Of a stretch of DNA of 64,000 bases, positions 10,745-21,321 are shown in pieces. Both the position numbers and the translations under genes were made by a program. How positions within the stretch are numbered: the stretch's first letter is position 1; each line of letters begins with the position of its first letter. The notes below the pieces were generated by a model. The model saw nothing but the letters and a program-made list of their open reading frames with translations, ran no database searches and was not told where the DNA came from. The stretch lies in assembly GCA_000091205.1 (NCBI GenBank), contig AP006483.2; one strand, written 5' to 3'. The DNA is from Cyanidioschyzon merolae. Lineage: Eukaryota.

Positions 10745-11336
10745 CGTATTGCGTGATGTCAGGTGGATGCACCTGACCATGCGCTTCGACATACGTGAAA
10801 GTTACGATCCAGTGCCCGAGGCAGATGCCGAATCGCTCTCACTCAAAGACGCTGCTGCTTCGCCAGACCCAGACATGTGAGCTTGTTGGTGGCACAGAGG
10901 CATGCTCCCATGATACGCTGGTTGTGGAGGCCATCCATCGTGGGTACCTAGTTGGCGTCCGATGCTTCGCTGCAAGGCGCATACCGAGGCAAGTCGCCTT
11001 GGACACACCCTGCCGGACTTGGGCTTGATGCTGCTCCCGCTCGTTAGCCCCCGGCGATAGCTATGCACAGTACGTGCACAGGCGCCACGGTGGGCGCTGC
11101 GACCTGCGCCCAGCCTAGCTGCGACAGCGGCTTGTGAAGCGGTACCCATCTGTGCGGACTTCGTGCTGCACCTTGATGCAGCGTAGGCGGATCCGAGTTC
11201 TGCCGCCCGCTGGGTACCGCAGCAAGCCCGCTGGCAAGTTTTCATGATGCTATTGATGCATTGTTCATCCCGCGCCTGGTGGTCGTTTCGAGGACACGTG
11301 TTCGGCAGCGGCATGGACGGCAACTGCCTCACTCGC

Positions 11337-12010
11337 GATCCTGCAGGCGCAAGCATCCGTTGTTTCACACGTGAGCAGCGCCCTATCGACGTTCGACTAG
11401 CGCCATGGTTGTAGAGAGGGATGCCATCGCGTGCGGCAATCGCTACTGCTACTGCTACTGCTACGGGTTACTGATCCTGGAGGCGCAAGCATCCGTTGTT
11501 TCACACGTGAGCAGCGCCCTATCGACGTTCGACTAGCGCCATGGTTGTAGGGAGGGATGCCATCGCGTGCGGCAATCGCTACTGCTACTGCTACTGCTAC
11601 GGGTTACTGATCCTGGAGGCGCAAGCATCCGTTGTTTCACACGTGAGCAGCGCCCTATCGACGTTCGACTAGCGCCATGGTTGTAGAGAGGGATGCCATC
11701 GCGTGCGGCAATCGCTACTGCTACTGCTACTGCTACGGGTTACTGATCCTGGAGGCGCAAGCATCCGTTGTTTCACACGTGAGCAGCGCCCTATCGACGT
11801 TCGACTAGCGCCACGGTTGTAGAGAGGGATGCCATCGCGTGCGGCAATCGCTACTGCTACTGCTACTGCTACGGGTTACTGATCCTGGAGGCGCAAGCAT
11901 CCGTTGTTTCACACGTGAGCAGCGCCCTATCGACGTTCGACTAGCGCCACGGTTGTAGAGAGGGATGCCATCGCGTGCGGCAATCGCTACTGCTACGGGC
12001 TACTGCAGCG
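11337..12010. repeat. Minisatellite: 136-bp unit x ~5 tandem copies (last one truncated), each with an internal (GCTACT)3-4 hexamer microsatellite
   Basis: The anchor ggcgcaagcatccgttgtttcacacgtgagcagcgccctatcgacgttcgactagcgcca recurs at 11346, 11482, 11618, 11754 and 11890, giving an exact 136-bp period. The units are near-identical, with rare SNPs (catgg/cacgg, agagaggg/agggaggg). Confidence 0.9.
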
Positions 12011-13410
12011 ACATCCGTCCCGTATCGCTGTTGCTGCGAGGAAACAGCTCGCTCACGGATTCCAAAGCGTCCCCAACGTTCCAAGAGTCAGGTGCTGCCG
12101 TGCGCAGATTCCATGGTACGTAGACATTGCGAGTGACTCGCGCGCACCCCGGCCGTCGGATGCCAATGAGGATCCCCGTACCCACACCTATACCCAATTC
12201 AAACTCGGTGAGAAATGAAGGCATCGGCACGCGCTCGACACCAGATGTGCGTTATGCGCAGTGTTGTCGGGAAAAGCTGCACGCAGCTGAACACTGTCAC
12301 CAGTACCGCTGCCTGAGATGTGCACGGTCCCGCGAATCTTGTGCCCCGCGCTACGTTACGGAGATTGACTTTGGCCCATCGGCAGCGACCTTCAACATGA
12401 CAGGTCCAGCTACCCGGATATGCACCCGAGTCCAGCGATTCATGCGCCCTGCCACTGGTGGATACCGAGCACCGGCCCGCATCACGAACCGACAGCGCAT
12501 TCACACACGAGAGAACGACATGAAAACTCGGTACCCAGCATTCGCCCTCATCGCGGGTCTGCCCCAAGGCGGCGCGCTGTGGAGGCAGGCCTATATTCGC
12601 AGGGTGCACCAGAACAATCTCACGATGAAGCCCGAGTCGGTGCAATACGAACCACACCTCAGTCCGGAGCGTCGCGTCAGTGAACTGACAGAGCCGTACG
12701 CGCTCCATGCTACTGCATCCACACCTGCACTATACCGCCGCTATAGCGAATACACACAGCCGGCACCCAGCACATACACACACACACAAGCACGTGAAAA
12801 ATAACCGGTACCTCCGAGGCCCAGAATGGAGTCTGGAATCTGTACGTACGGTGTGCTACCAGCCATGGACGCTTCACCATACGCTAAGACCAAGCGTGCA
12901 ATCAAGAGTTCCTAGATTGGCCTCCTTACGTATGTGTATATAAAGAGAAGCATCGCCCGTCGATCGCCTCGACTTGAAAACGCGGCATCTGCGATGCGCC
13001 GCTGCGGCGCTTGCGACGTCGCCGCAGCTTCTTGACGCGGTAGCGCACCTGAGTGTGTGTTTCACTACGCGAAAAGGTATTGCTCGCTCATTTACCGAGC
13101 GTTCGTTTCCCAAGAGTCGACGAACCCCACGTAAATTGATCCGTATTGGACCTGAGAGTACAGGTCTGGGGCTTACCGACTGTAATCAGGCCACATCGAA
13201 AGAAAATACTTACGTACTCAAGGCAGTTCCCGGGCGAGCGTTTGCTTTGGACCTGACTGGTGCGGCGCTGTCGTCGTGTCGTTTTTACCGCTTCACCAAC
13301 GCTCATTAACCGAGATCGGCTTACCTAGCCGTCTTGGTAGCGAGTAGAGACGCCTCGGGATATCGAGAATTCCCGACAAGGTACCTGCACTCGCCAGCCC
13401 GTGCCGACGC

Positions 13411-15096
13411 TTGATCGAGGCAAGCGACTCGAAAGGCACGCAGCGCACGCGGGAACGCTCCAGGATGCCGTCTCCAGCTCTTACGCTGTCGTTCGTATGC
13501 GCATCTGCGTGGCTCTCGGATCGACATAACATCAGCACGTTCTGTTGTGGGCAGACAGGGCGCGCTTCTACGAAGCCTGCGCGTGGACCTCGAGGCCTTG
13601 GTTACCCGCGATCAGTCGGGAACGCGCAACCGCTGAGGTTCATAAACGCCAATCTGCCTGATCCGCGGACCAAGCCCCTGGCGTCGCATCACGAGAGCGT
13701 TCGTTCGGAGGACGAGCTTCGTCTAGAGCCTATACGTCGACTCCAGGGCGATGTCTACCTCCCCGGATCGAAATCGCTCTCCAATAGAGTTCTCTTGCTC
13801 GCGGCCTTGTGCGGTGATGGAGCGGATACGCCCCAGATCCGGGTCGAAAATCTGCTCTTTTCCGATGACGTCTGGGCCATGATTCGAGCGCTGGAATCGC
13901 TGGGGATTCCTGTCGAAGTCGACGAACACAACCGAACAGCAGTCGTCACCGGTTGTGGTGGCCGCATCCCGCGACGTAAGCCCGTCATCGAACTCCATCT
14001 AGGAAATGCTGGAACCGCAATGCGCCCTTTAACTGCCGTATTATGCGCGGTTGCGCCACCTGATCCATCGCTATCGGAACAGATCTTCGTCCTCGACGGT
14101 GTACCGCGTATGCGAGAGCGACCTATCCAGGATTTGGTCGAAGCGCTGCAGCAACTCGGTTGCGATGTGCAATGTGTTTTGGGTACCGGCTGTCCGCCAG
14201 TGCGCATTCGCCGCACCGGGGCGTTTCCAGGCGGTAGAGCTTCGGTGAGCGGCAAGATCAGCAGTCAGTATCTCAGTGCGTTGTTGATGGCGGCCCCGCT
14301 GGCGCGCAATCAAGACGTGGAACTCGAAATCCGCGATACACTCGTCTCTGTGCCGTATGTGGAAATGACCGTGAAGCTCATGCAGAAATTTGGGGTTACC
14401 GTGCACCAAGAGCACCGTGTCCTGCCTGATGGGCGCGAATCGCGCCGCTACCGGGTTCCGGCGCGGCAGGAATACCGACCGCCAACCCATCACTGCATCA
14501 TGGTTGAGGGCGATGCTTCCTCGGCTTCGTACTTCCTCGCAGGTGCCGCCATTACCGGTGGCGATGTACAAGTTCATGGATGTGGATCCGCTTCAGTTCA
14601 AGGTGATGTGCGCTTCGCCCAGATTCTTGAAAAAATGGGGGCCAAAGTGTCCTGGTCTCCGGACTCGATTCGCCTTCAACGCGAACCGGGACAAGTGCTT
14701 CACGGCGTCGATGTGGACTGCGGCGATATCCCGGATGCAGCCATGACGCTTGCCGTGGTCGCACTCTTTGCCAGAGGCCGTACTGCGATTCGCAACGTTT
14801 ACAACTGGCGAGTGAAAGAAACAGAACGCATGCGGGCAATTGTGACGGAATTGGGCAAACTCGGTGCCCGGGTCGAGGAAGGCCACGACTACTGTATCAT
14901 TGACCCGCCGCAGCCGGGCGCGCTTCACGCAAACGTGTCCATCGCGACCTACGACGACCATCGGATGGCGATGGCATTCGCGCTCGTGGCATGCGGGGGC
15001 GTCCCGGTGCGTATCCAAAACCCGAGCTGCGTCCGAAAGACGTTTCCTGACTATTTCCAAGTACTACGATCGGTATCCGTTTTTGAAAGCACGTGA
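13411..15096 (+). CDS. EPSPS: 5-enolpyruvylshikimate-3-phosphate synthase (EPSP synthase), monofunctional, with a ~100-aa N-terminal presequence
   Basis: [21 protein letters not shown] and [15 protein letters not shown] are the EPSPS signatures. The C-terminus [38 protein letters not shown] matches the conserved EPSPS C-terminal RKT(F/Y)PDYF motif. The N-terminal ~100 aa are S/R/A-rich with no EPSPS similarity, which suggests a targeting peptide. It is a single exon. Confidence 0.9.
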   Translation: MIEASDSKGTQRTRERSRMPSPALTLSFVCASAWLSDRHNISTFCCGQTGRASTKPARGPRGLGYPRSVGNAQPLRFINANLPDPRTKPLASHHESVRSEDELRLEPIRRLQGDVYLPGSKSLSNRVLLLAALCGDGADTPQIRVENLLFSDDVWAMIRALESLGIPVEVDEHNRTAVVTGCGGRIPRRKPVIELHLGNAGTAMRPLTAVLCAVAPPDPSLSEQIFVLDGVPRMRERPIQDLVEALQQLGCDVQCVLGTGCPPVRIRRTGAFPGGRASVSGKISSQYLSALLMAAPLARNQDVELEIRDTLVSVPYVEMTVKLMQKFGVTVHQEHRVLPDGRESRRYRVPARQEYRPPTHHCIMVEGDASSASYFLAGAAITGGDVQVHGCGSASVQGDVRFAQILEKMGAKVSWSPDSIRLQREPGQVLHGVDVDCGDIPDAAMTLAVVALFARGRTAIRNVYNWRVKETERMRAIVTELGKLGARVEEGHDYCIIDPPQPGALHANVSIATYDDHRMAMAFALVACGGVPVRIQNPSCVRKTFPDYFQVLRSVSVFEST

Positions 15097-15861
15097 CGAA
15101 GATCGCCACGAGTCAACGCGGGCGCCTCGAGCATCGCGGATACGAGCTAGCGCCACTGCAGTGCAGTGTACTGTAGTGTAGCGTTATGAAGCGTTGCATT
15201 GCGGTGTGGAGCTCGTACATTCCCCGGATATCAAGGATGCCTATCCATAACATCCGTACACGATCCGTGCGTGGAATTAGAGCATCGTGCGCTGCCGATG
15301 GTGACAATTCGCAGCTGCGCGCATGCGTGCAAATCATCGGCTGTGGATGCCATGCACGCTATGTGATGCACCAGGCATCAAGGATGCTTGATGATTCTAT
15401 CCGATTTCTGGTGATCGACGCACGGATTGCTATGCGATGCACCAGGCATGTGTGGTGCAGATTGCGCGACTGTGCGTGCCCGTCACGCATTGCAGGCGGC
15501 AGCGGCGCAGGGCATGGGGGAAACGTCGTGTTCCCGGATGCAACGTAGACGAGTATGCATGAATACGTAAAATTTGCACTGTGGATGATCTTGGTAACGT
15601 ACGTCATGAATCAGCAGATGCAAACGTGCGGCGCTCTACGATCGTAGGCACCTTTACAAACAAAGCGAGTCAGGTGCGATTAGCCGGGATAAAGGCGGAG
15701 AGTGCGCGTTCGCCATGGCGCGGGCACTGACACATACACGCATGCACCTAATCACATACGCAAGTGCGTTGCTTAAAGGCACCATATGAATCAACTTGCG
15801 TCTGGGTCACGTGGCGATGCCCGTACGAAAGCAAGTGTTCGTGAAGCGTCTGGAACGTCGC

Positions 15862-17994
15862 TCAGGAGGACTGGTTTTTGAGATGCTGCAGCGCATCGGC
15901 AGCGATCTGTTCCTCCCAAGAGGCCGTGCCATAGGCTCTGCTTGTTCGAGCGATACCGGGCACGTTTTGCTCACCAGCAATGTCATTCGCATCTGCTCGT
16001 TTGCCGGCAGGCAGGCGCAAGATGGCGCCGTTCCGGAGCCCGGCATTCACCGCGGAAAAGGATGCTATGTTTGCTGCCGTAGCAGCGGCTCGAGGCGGCG
16101 GTGTCGACGGCGTCGACAGCAGCTGCGGCCTGCCCCGCAGTGTCGGGTACTGACGGTACATTGCCTCGCTCAGATCGATGGCGCGCGGGTTATTCGCGGT
16201 TGCTTCCGGGTAGTCGGTCATGGGCGGGTAGAAAAACGCCGGATTCCGAACATCGGCGACGTTCATGAACGTCTGAGGCGCTCCGCGGACGCCCAGCCTC
16301 ATGCCCGTCGTGGCGGTTGTAGCGGTGATGGCGGCGGACTCTTGCGGCGCTGTTAGCGCACACGTCTTGCATGGCGACACAAGCGATGCCATACCAACAA
16401 CCGTGCCGGCAGACGCGTACGACGGCGAGGCGCATAAAGCGCCCGGCGAGTGACCCGAATCCAGTCGGCGACGTTGGCCGGACAAGACCACTCTTGACGC
16501 GTTCCGCTTGGACATCCTGGTCATCGACGATGCGCGTCCGATGCCAGCAACACCATTGCGCTGTCGAGCACGCTGTTCCGGTAGGGACGCCCGATCAGCC
16601 AAACTCGCTGGAGCCGATAATGATGATGGTGATGGTGATGGACTCGCCTCGGAACTGCGATGCGACTGCGGCGAATGCCGGTGCCATGCTTCCATATTCG
16701 ACGGGGAATCATTCGAGACTTCATGCTCGGATCGCTCAGACTCGCATCCGGTTCGCAGGTTGCCACCGGATGGCGACGCCACAGGTGACCTGTGCGGCGT
16801 CCCCGTGTCCGTTGCCATAAAGCTGTTGCGCAACTTGGCCGTCGGAGTTCGTGGCGACGACTCCACTGTGGAACCGTTGGATGTTTGAGCATATGACGTT
16901 CGCCTGCTCGTCTCAGAGCGCTTCGCACGATGTGACTTGCTGGAACCCGTTGACTGCGCATTCGACTCGCCTGGTGTTCGTTTCCGTAACGATTGGACCT
17001 TTTCTAAAATGCCCTCGAGTCCAATGTTCCGCACGCTTTCCTCAGAAAGCAGTCCGGATTCTACCACGCCAACGAGAGAGCTCTTGGTAGGCGTGCCGCT
17101 TGCACCCTTCTGGTGCGAGAACGATATACCAAGCTCAGCGAGCACGAGCCGCTCGCGCGCCTGACTGAGCTCAGCGCTTCCCTCAAAGTTGCGACAGTTC
17201 GAACATCGGCAGGATGCGCTGCAGTACACGCCATTCTGGAAACACTCGCAGTATTTTTTGAGACAGAGGCTGCGCAAGCACGAGCATCCCTTAATATGCT
17301 GCGCGTGACGTTGCGTCGTCGTTCCGGTCGTTCTCGGTTGCGTGCTCGTGCTGGAGGCCTCCTCATTCGGAACCTGTTCCTGGACAGGTTCCGAAGAATC
17401 CTCCGGTGCAACGTCCGCGGACTTGGCGGCAGCAGCAGTAGCAGCACAATTTTGTCTCGATGCCGTATCCTTGCTGCTGGTATCGTATTCGAGGGTAACC
17501 ACCTTGGAACGGAACGCGTGCGGGTTACGTTCAAGCGAGGTCCGGATCGCGTTCTGTCGTAGCGTGTCGTATGCAGGCAGATTCAAACAGTTTGTGCAGT
17601 GACAGCCGTTGCAGTACGTTCCAGCAGCAAAACAGTCGCAATAAAGTTTCAAGCACTTGGAGTTTTTGCAGTTGCACGGTTTCCGCGGCCGCGTGACACT
17701 CCCGCCCTCCAGAGCGTTACTCGAGAGTCCCGGGGACGCCACCGCGCTCTTGCGCAGGGCGCTGAGCAGAAGCGCTTCACCAGAACCTTTGGATGGCGTT
17801 TGTGGTGAGGTACTGGGCGTGCTCGCCGGTGCAGCACGAGAAACGTCCGCCGGCGAGGCGAACACCGGCTGCGACGCTCGGCGTTCAACATCACCGTCGA
17901 CCTCTCGTGACAAAGCGTCACCCGGCTCTTGTCCAAAGCTCCGCTTCTTCTCCTCTTCAACAGGTACTCGATCCGAATCAGTCATCAGGAACAC
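15862..17994 (-). CDS. Tesmin/TSO1-like tandem CXC (CRC) domain protein (LIN54/TSO1 family, DREAM-complex type DNA-binding protein)
   Basis: Two cysteine-rich CXC modules: CNCKNSKCLKLYCDCFAAGTYCNGCHCTNCLN and KGCSCLRSLCLKKYCECFQNGVYCSASCRCSNCRN. They are joined by the family-typical hinge RNPHAFRSKV (compare RNPxAFxPK in LIN54/TSO1). The rest of the 710-aa ORF is S/P/T/R-rich and low-complexity. Confidence 0.78.
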   Translation of the reverse strand: MFLMTDSDRVPVEEEKKRSFGQEPGDALSREVDGDVERRASQPVFASPADVSRAAPASTPSTSPQTPSKGSGEALLLSALRKSAVASPGLSSNALEGGSVTRPRKPCNCKNSKCLKLYCDCFAAGTYCNGCHCTNCLNLPAYDTLRQNAIRTSLERNPHAFRSKVVTLEYDTSSKDTASRQNCAATAAAAKSADVAPEDSSEPVQEQVPNEEASSTSTQPRTTGTTTQRHAQHIKGCSCLRSLCLKKYCECFQNGVYCSASCRCSNCRNFEGSAELSQARERLVLAELGISFSHQKGASGTPTKSSLVGVVESGLLSEESVRNIGLEGILEKVQSLRKRTPGESNAQSTGSSKSHRAKRSETSRRTSYAQTSNGSTVESSPRTPTAKLRNSFMATDTGTPHRSPVASPSGGNLRTGCESERSEHEVSNDSPSNMEAWHRHSPQSHRSSEASPSPSPSSLSAPASLADRASLPEQRARQRNGVAGIGRASSMTRMSKRNASRVVLSGQRRRLDSGHSPGALCASPSYASAGTVVGMASLVSPCKTCALTAPQESAAITATTATTGMRLGVRGAPQTFMNVADVRNPAFFYPPMTDYPEATANNPRAIDLSEAMYRQYPTLRGRPQLLSTPSTPPPRAAATAANIASFSAVNAGLRNGAILRLPAGKRADANDIAGEQNVPGIARTSRAYGTASWEEQIAADALQHLKNQSS

Positions 17995-18339
17995 GAAAAC
18001 GAACCGTTCACCAGGGATATAGAGGCGACCCGCTCCTCCACGGGCTCTGACGTTCTCGCGAGAGCCGCGGGTACGAACCCGCGTTACCGCAAGCGGCTTT
18101 GAACTTTCAAAACTTGAAAGGAATCCCTAATCCCCGGCCAACGGCACTTAAGGGAATACCCTCCGTTAGATGCGCGGACCGATGCGGAATCGATGCATAG
18201 GGCGCGGCGCACTGCAAGAGCTGCGCTTGCGTGAACGTGTGACCTGCGCACCCCTGCCGCCGGCAAATCCCTTAATTCAAGATCCCGCGCAGACGCTGCA
18301 ACGTCCGGCGATGCCCCTTCTCCCGATGACAAAACGTTG

Positions 18340-18560
18340 ACCTTGACTATTGGATGGTAGAATGCGGGATGGGTATTGGCTTTCGGGACAGTAACCACCA
18401 TGCTGCATCCTATCTTCAAGTTCCATTACTTGTTCTCGGATGTACTCTTCATTTCATGGGTTCTATCGTGCGCCAAGTGCCTGTAGTTCGTTTCCTTTGT
18501 CGCGATGGCGGCGCAGGTGCGGATGGTACAGCACAGAGCGATGACGACTCTGTCAAGCTA
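18340..18560 (-). mobile_element. Short fragment of the same LINE-like repeat family (copy C)
   Basis: Shares gatgggtattggcttt..cttcaagttccat..ttcatgggttctatcgtgcgccaagtgcc with 57770-57900 (gatgggtattggcttt..cttcaagttccacc..tcgtacgttttatcgtgtgccgggtgcc), in the same orientation. No readable ORF. Confidence 0.3.
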
Positions 18561-21321
18561 CTGTGAAGATTCGGATTGAGGCCTCATTCAATTCATGCCG
18601 CGTCATGTTTCGTCGTCAGCTTGCATACAGAAACTCTGCATAGGCGGGCCTGCCTTCGAGAAACGAAGCGTCTGAATGCCCCTCGAGATGTGCATGAATC
18701 CCGGGGGGTCCGTGCTACCCCCTTGCGATCGCGTGTGCGCAATGCATCGTCCGTTCGCGAAAGGGAACGATTGCTCGGTACCTACCCGAGAGGAGGTGTA
18801 CGTATCGCTGGGCCCACGTACGCAACTGGTTCGCGGGACCTTTCATTCAGAAGATCGTGCGTGTGTTTTTGTCGCGACCCGAGGGCGTTGCGGCTCGGAT
18901 GCAGACCCATCAGTTGCCAGGTCCGTACTCAGCCGGTGTCGTCTCGCGTTACCTTCTATGGTGACACCCAGAAGCTGTCGTCCCTCAAAGAGGAGGCTGC
19001 GTTCCAGATACCATCGTGGTCGCTGTATGCGCACGTGTATCGGAGTCTCAGCGTTCGCATCCTGACACCAGGTGCCGTATGACTCGTACTGTGTGCATCC
19101 AGAGTTCCGACACGACTCAGAGACAGGGCGTGCGGGCGAGCCGAACCCCCGTCGATGCGAACTTTGGCGAGCCGACGGGTGCATCGAGCAAGCTCCAGGG
19201 ATCCGAGCGCCTCCCGCCAGTACTCGCGTGTACTTTCCAGATCGTAATCCCAAAGTAATATCCAGTCACCGTTTACGACAAGACTGTTGCCAAAATGATT
19301 CGTAGACCGCAGGTTGTAGGCATTCGGAGCCTCGTTATAAAATAACAGCGGACGACTAGAGTGTATGTTCGCCGGCGAGGCGCTTCACCCAGATCTGAGT
19401 CGACTCTACCCGAGTACGCCTGCGATGCAATCGCGTGGATGGGATTATCCTGCCACGCTAGGCGCGCTTGCTGGGCACTGTAACCCATGAGCGTACTCGG
19501 CCAGTCATCCCGACTGCCGAATGAACGAAATAACTAGTTTTGCATGCCACCAGGGTCGCGCTGGAAATACACCACACGCCCTCAGCTGTCCAGCAGCCAA
19601 CTTGCACCACAGATGCCCCAGGCACGCCTCGCCGTCTCCGAAGCGCATGCCTGGGTGACCAGCGTCATTGGCGCATCAGCAGGGAACGAAACGCAATGCA
19701 CCCGTCTATCCTATCGCCTGGAAATGGCAACAAATGCATACATACGCGGATGTCAGATGAAATCCAGTCCTTTTGGGCGCCGTGAGCATTGCCTCCGCGT
19801 CGCAGCGGATCACGCCAACCCGATGGGATCCATATGCACGAGAACGTTGTGCTCGATATCCGCACAAAACCTCACGATGCTCTTCATCCATCTCTATGCA
19901 TACGTGCCGCTACGTGATCGACGCACACGATGATACCCGTTCTGGAGCAGGTATCGTAACCGTTCGGGAACTCGAAAGCAAGCATCCGAGGCAGGGCCGC
20001 ATGAAGCGCAACCTCTCGCCAAGTAGGTGTGTTGCGGGCAACGCACGCCCGTTCTTTGGTGCGAGCGATGCATCGGTAGCGTTCGTCTGTCAACCGTATC
20101 CCGCATCCGCCACTGATCTGGGATTCCTCCGACAGAGGACGCGTCGAAAGGCCTCGGACGCACCAGCGATGCAGGTCAGCGCGACGATGCCGACGATGCC
20201 TCTCATGTTGTCGAGTGACAGCGTACCACGGGGCGTTGCCTGGCGTGCCTGCTCTGGTGTGCTCCGGGGCGCCAAGAGTTGAATGTACTCCCATACCAAC
20301 CGAATGCCTGAGTGTCGTTCAGACAGACCTGCTGTATTGGGACGCTTCGGGTCGTTTGTTGTACCGGCCTCGACTTGAACGCGTCGCCACCCTTCGATCC
20401 ATTCTTCTGCCATGCATCAAGCAGCAGCGGTACGACGGTACCAGAGCAGCGCTATCAACGCTTTCGCCCGCAAACGCACCTTGTGGAGTACCCGTTTCAT
20501 CTGGCGCAAGTACTGCTTCTCGCGTGCCGTGCATAACCTCTGCGGAGGGCGGCGGGGAAGGGGGCCAAAAACTCCTGGTACCCCGCTTCATGGCGCCAGC
20601 TCGTGGACTCGTTCACGCGTGCCCGCTGGTTTGCAGGCTCGAGGCGTGACGGGTAAACTGGGGCCTGCTTCCCGCTCCGAAAGTCGTCTGAACACCGGCG
20701 AGTACCTGGGCAGCAGCTACGCAGCAGCATCGACGCACGATCCCGCGACTGCGCTGTGCTCAACAAACATCAAAACGAGGCACAGACACAAAAGTTGCCT
20801 GGTGAAGACCCGCCAGACCAACACTTCCCCGCACGATAAAAATGGGCGTCAGAACGAGGCAGTCTGCGGTTCATGAAACACGTGGAGGTCTGGAACGGTT
20901 TCGTGGTTGCCTCCCTGACTGCCCGTAGGCAACGCACGTGCGGAAGCTGCCTGGTTAGATCCGTTGGCCGTTGACAGTGAAAAGAATCAGAACGGGTCTC
21001 CGTTCCGCTGTCTGTTGCGGTCTGTGCTGGTAAATAAACAACAGCGCCATGCTCCAGTACACTTTGAACGCTTTACCGTGGCGACGCGAAAAACACAAGC
21101 TTGATTTCCGGCTCGCCGACTTGCCTTGGAGAAACAATCGGTCCAGCTTTCCGTAGTCTTCCCTTGTCGGCCTCCTATCACTTTCCTGCAGCCGTGACGA
21201 TCAACAACGCCTCAGATACCTGTGTGCTCATGGCATCCCACCGCGCAACAACTGGGCTCCATCTGGGCGTAGCATGCGAGGCACGCGCGACGACTTGTTG
21301 TACCGCGCGCTGCGCTCGTTC

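Noticed and set aside
10410-10880. 156-aa poly-Q-containing ORF as a gene
   Set aside because: No motif apart from the (CAG)9-encoded Q-run. An opposite-strand ORF of equal length overlaps it. It is not callable without expression data, and is kept only as a microsatellite feature.
14071-15060. Long antisense ORFs inside EPSPS (14071-14577 -, 14593-15060 -), and similar antisense or overlapping ORFs inside the BLTP, SKI2, ODC and ABC1K genes
   Set aside because: These are typical stop-codon-poor antisense frames of GC-rich coding sequence. They have no motifs and are fully nested in well-supported genes.
18061-18140. tRNA-like T-arm hairpin (minus strand GCGGGTTCGTACCCGC)
   Set aside because: The reverse-complement context (tggccggggattagggattcc...gcgggttcgtacccgcggctct) lacks a complementary acceptor stem, D-arm and anticodon arm at tRNA spacing. 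It is probably just a GC hairpin, so no tRNA is called.
18060-18340. Possible SINE or structured ncRNA in a GC-hairpin-rich segment next to LINE fragment C
   Set aside because: No A/B-box Pol III promoter, no poly-A or simple-repeat tail, and no second copy found in the window.
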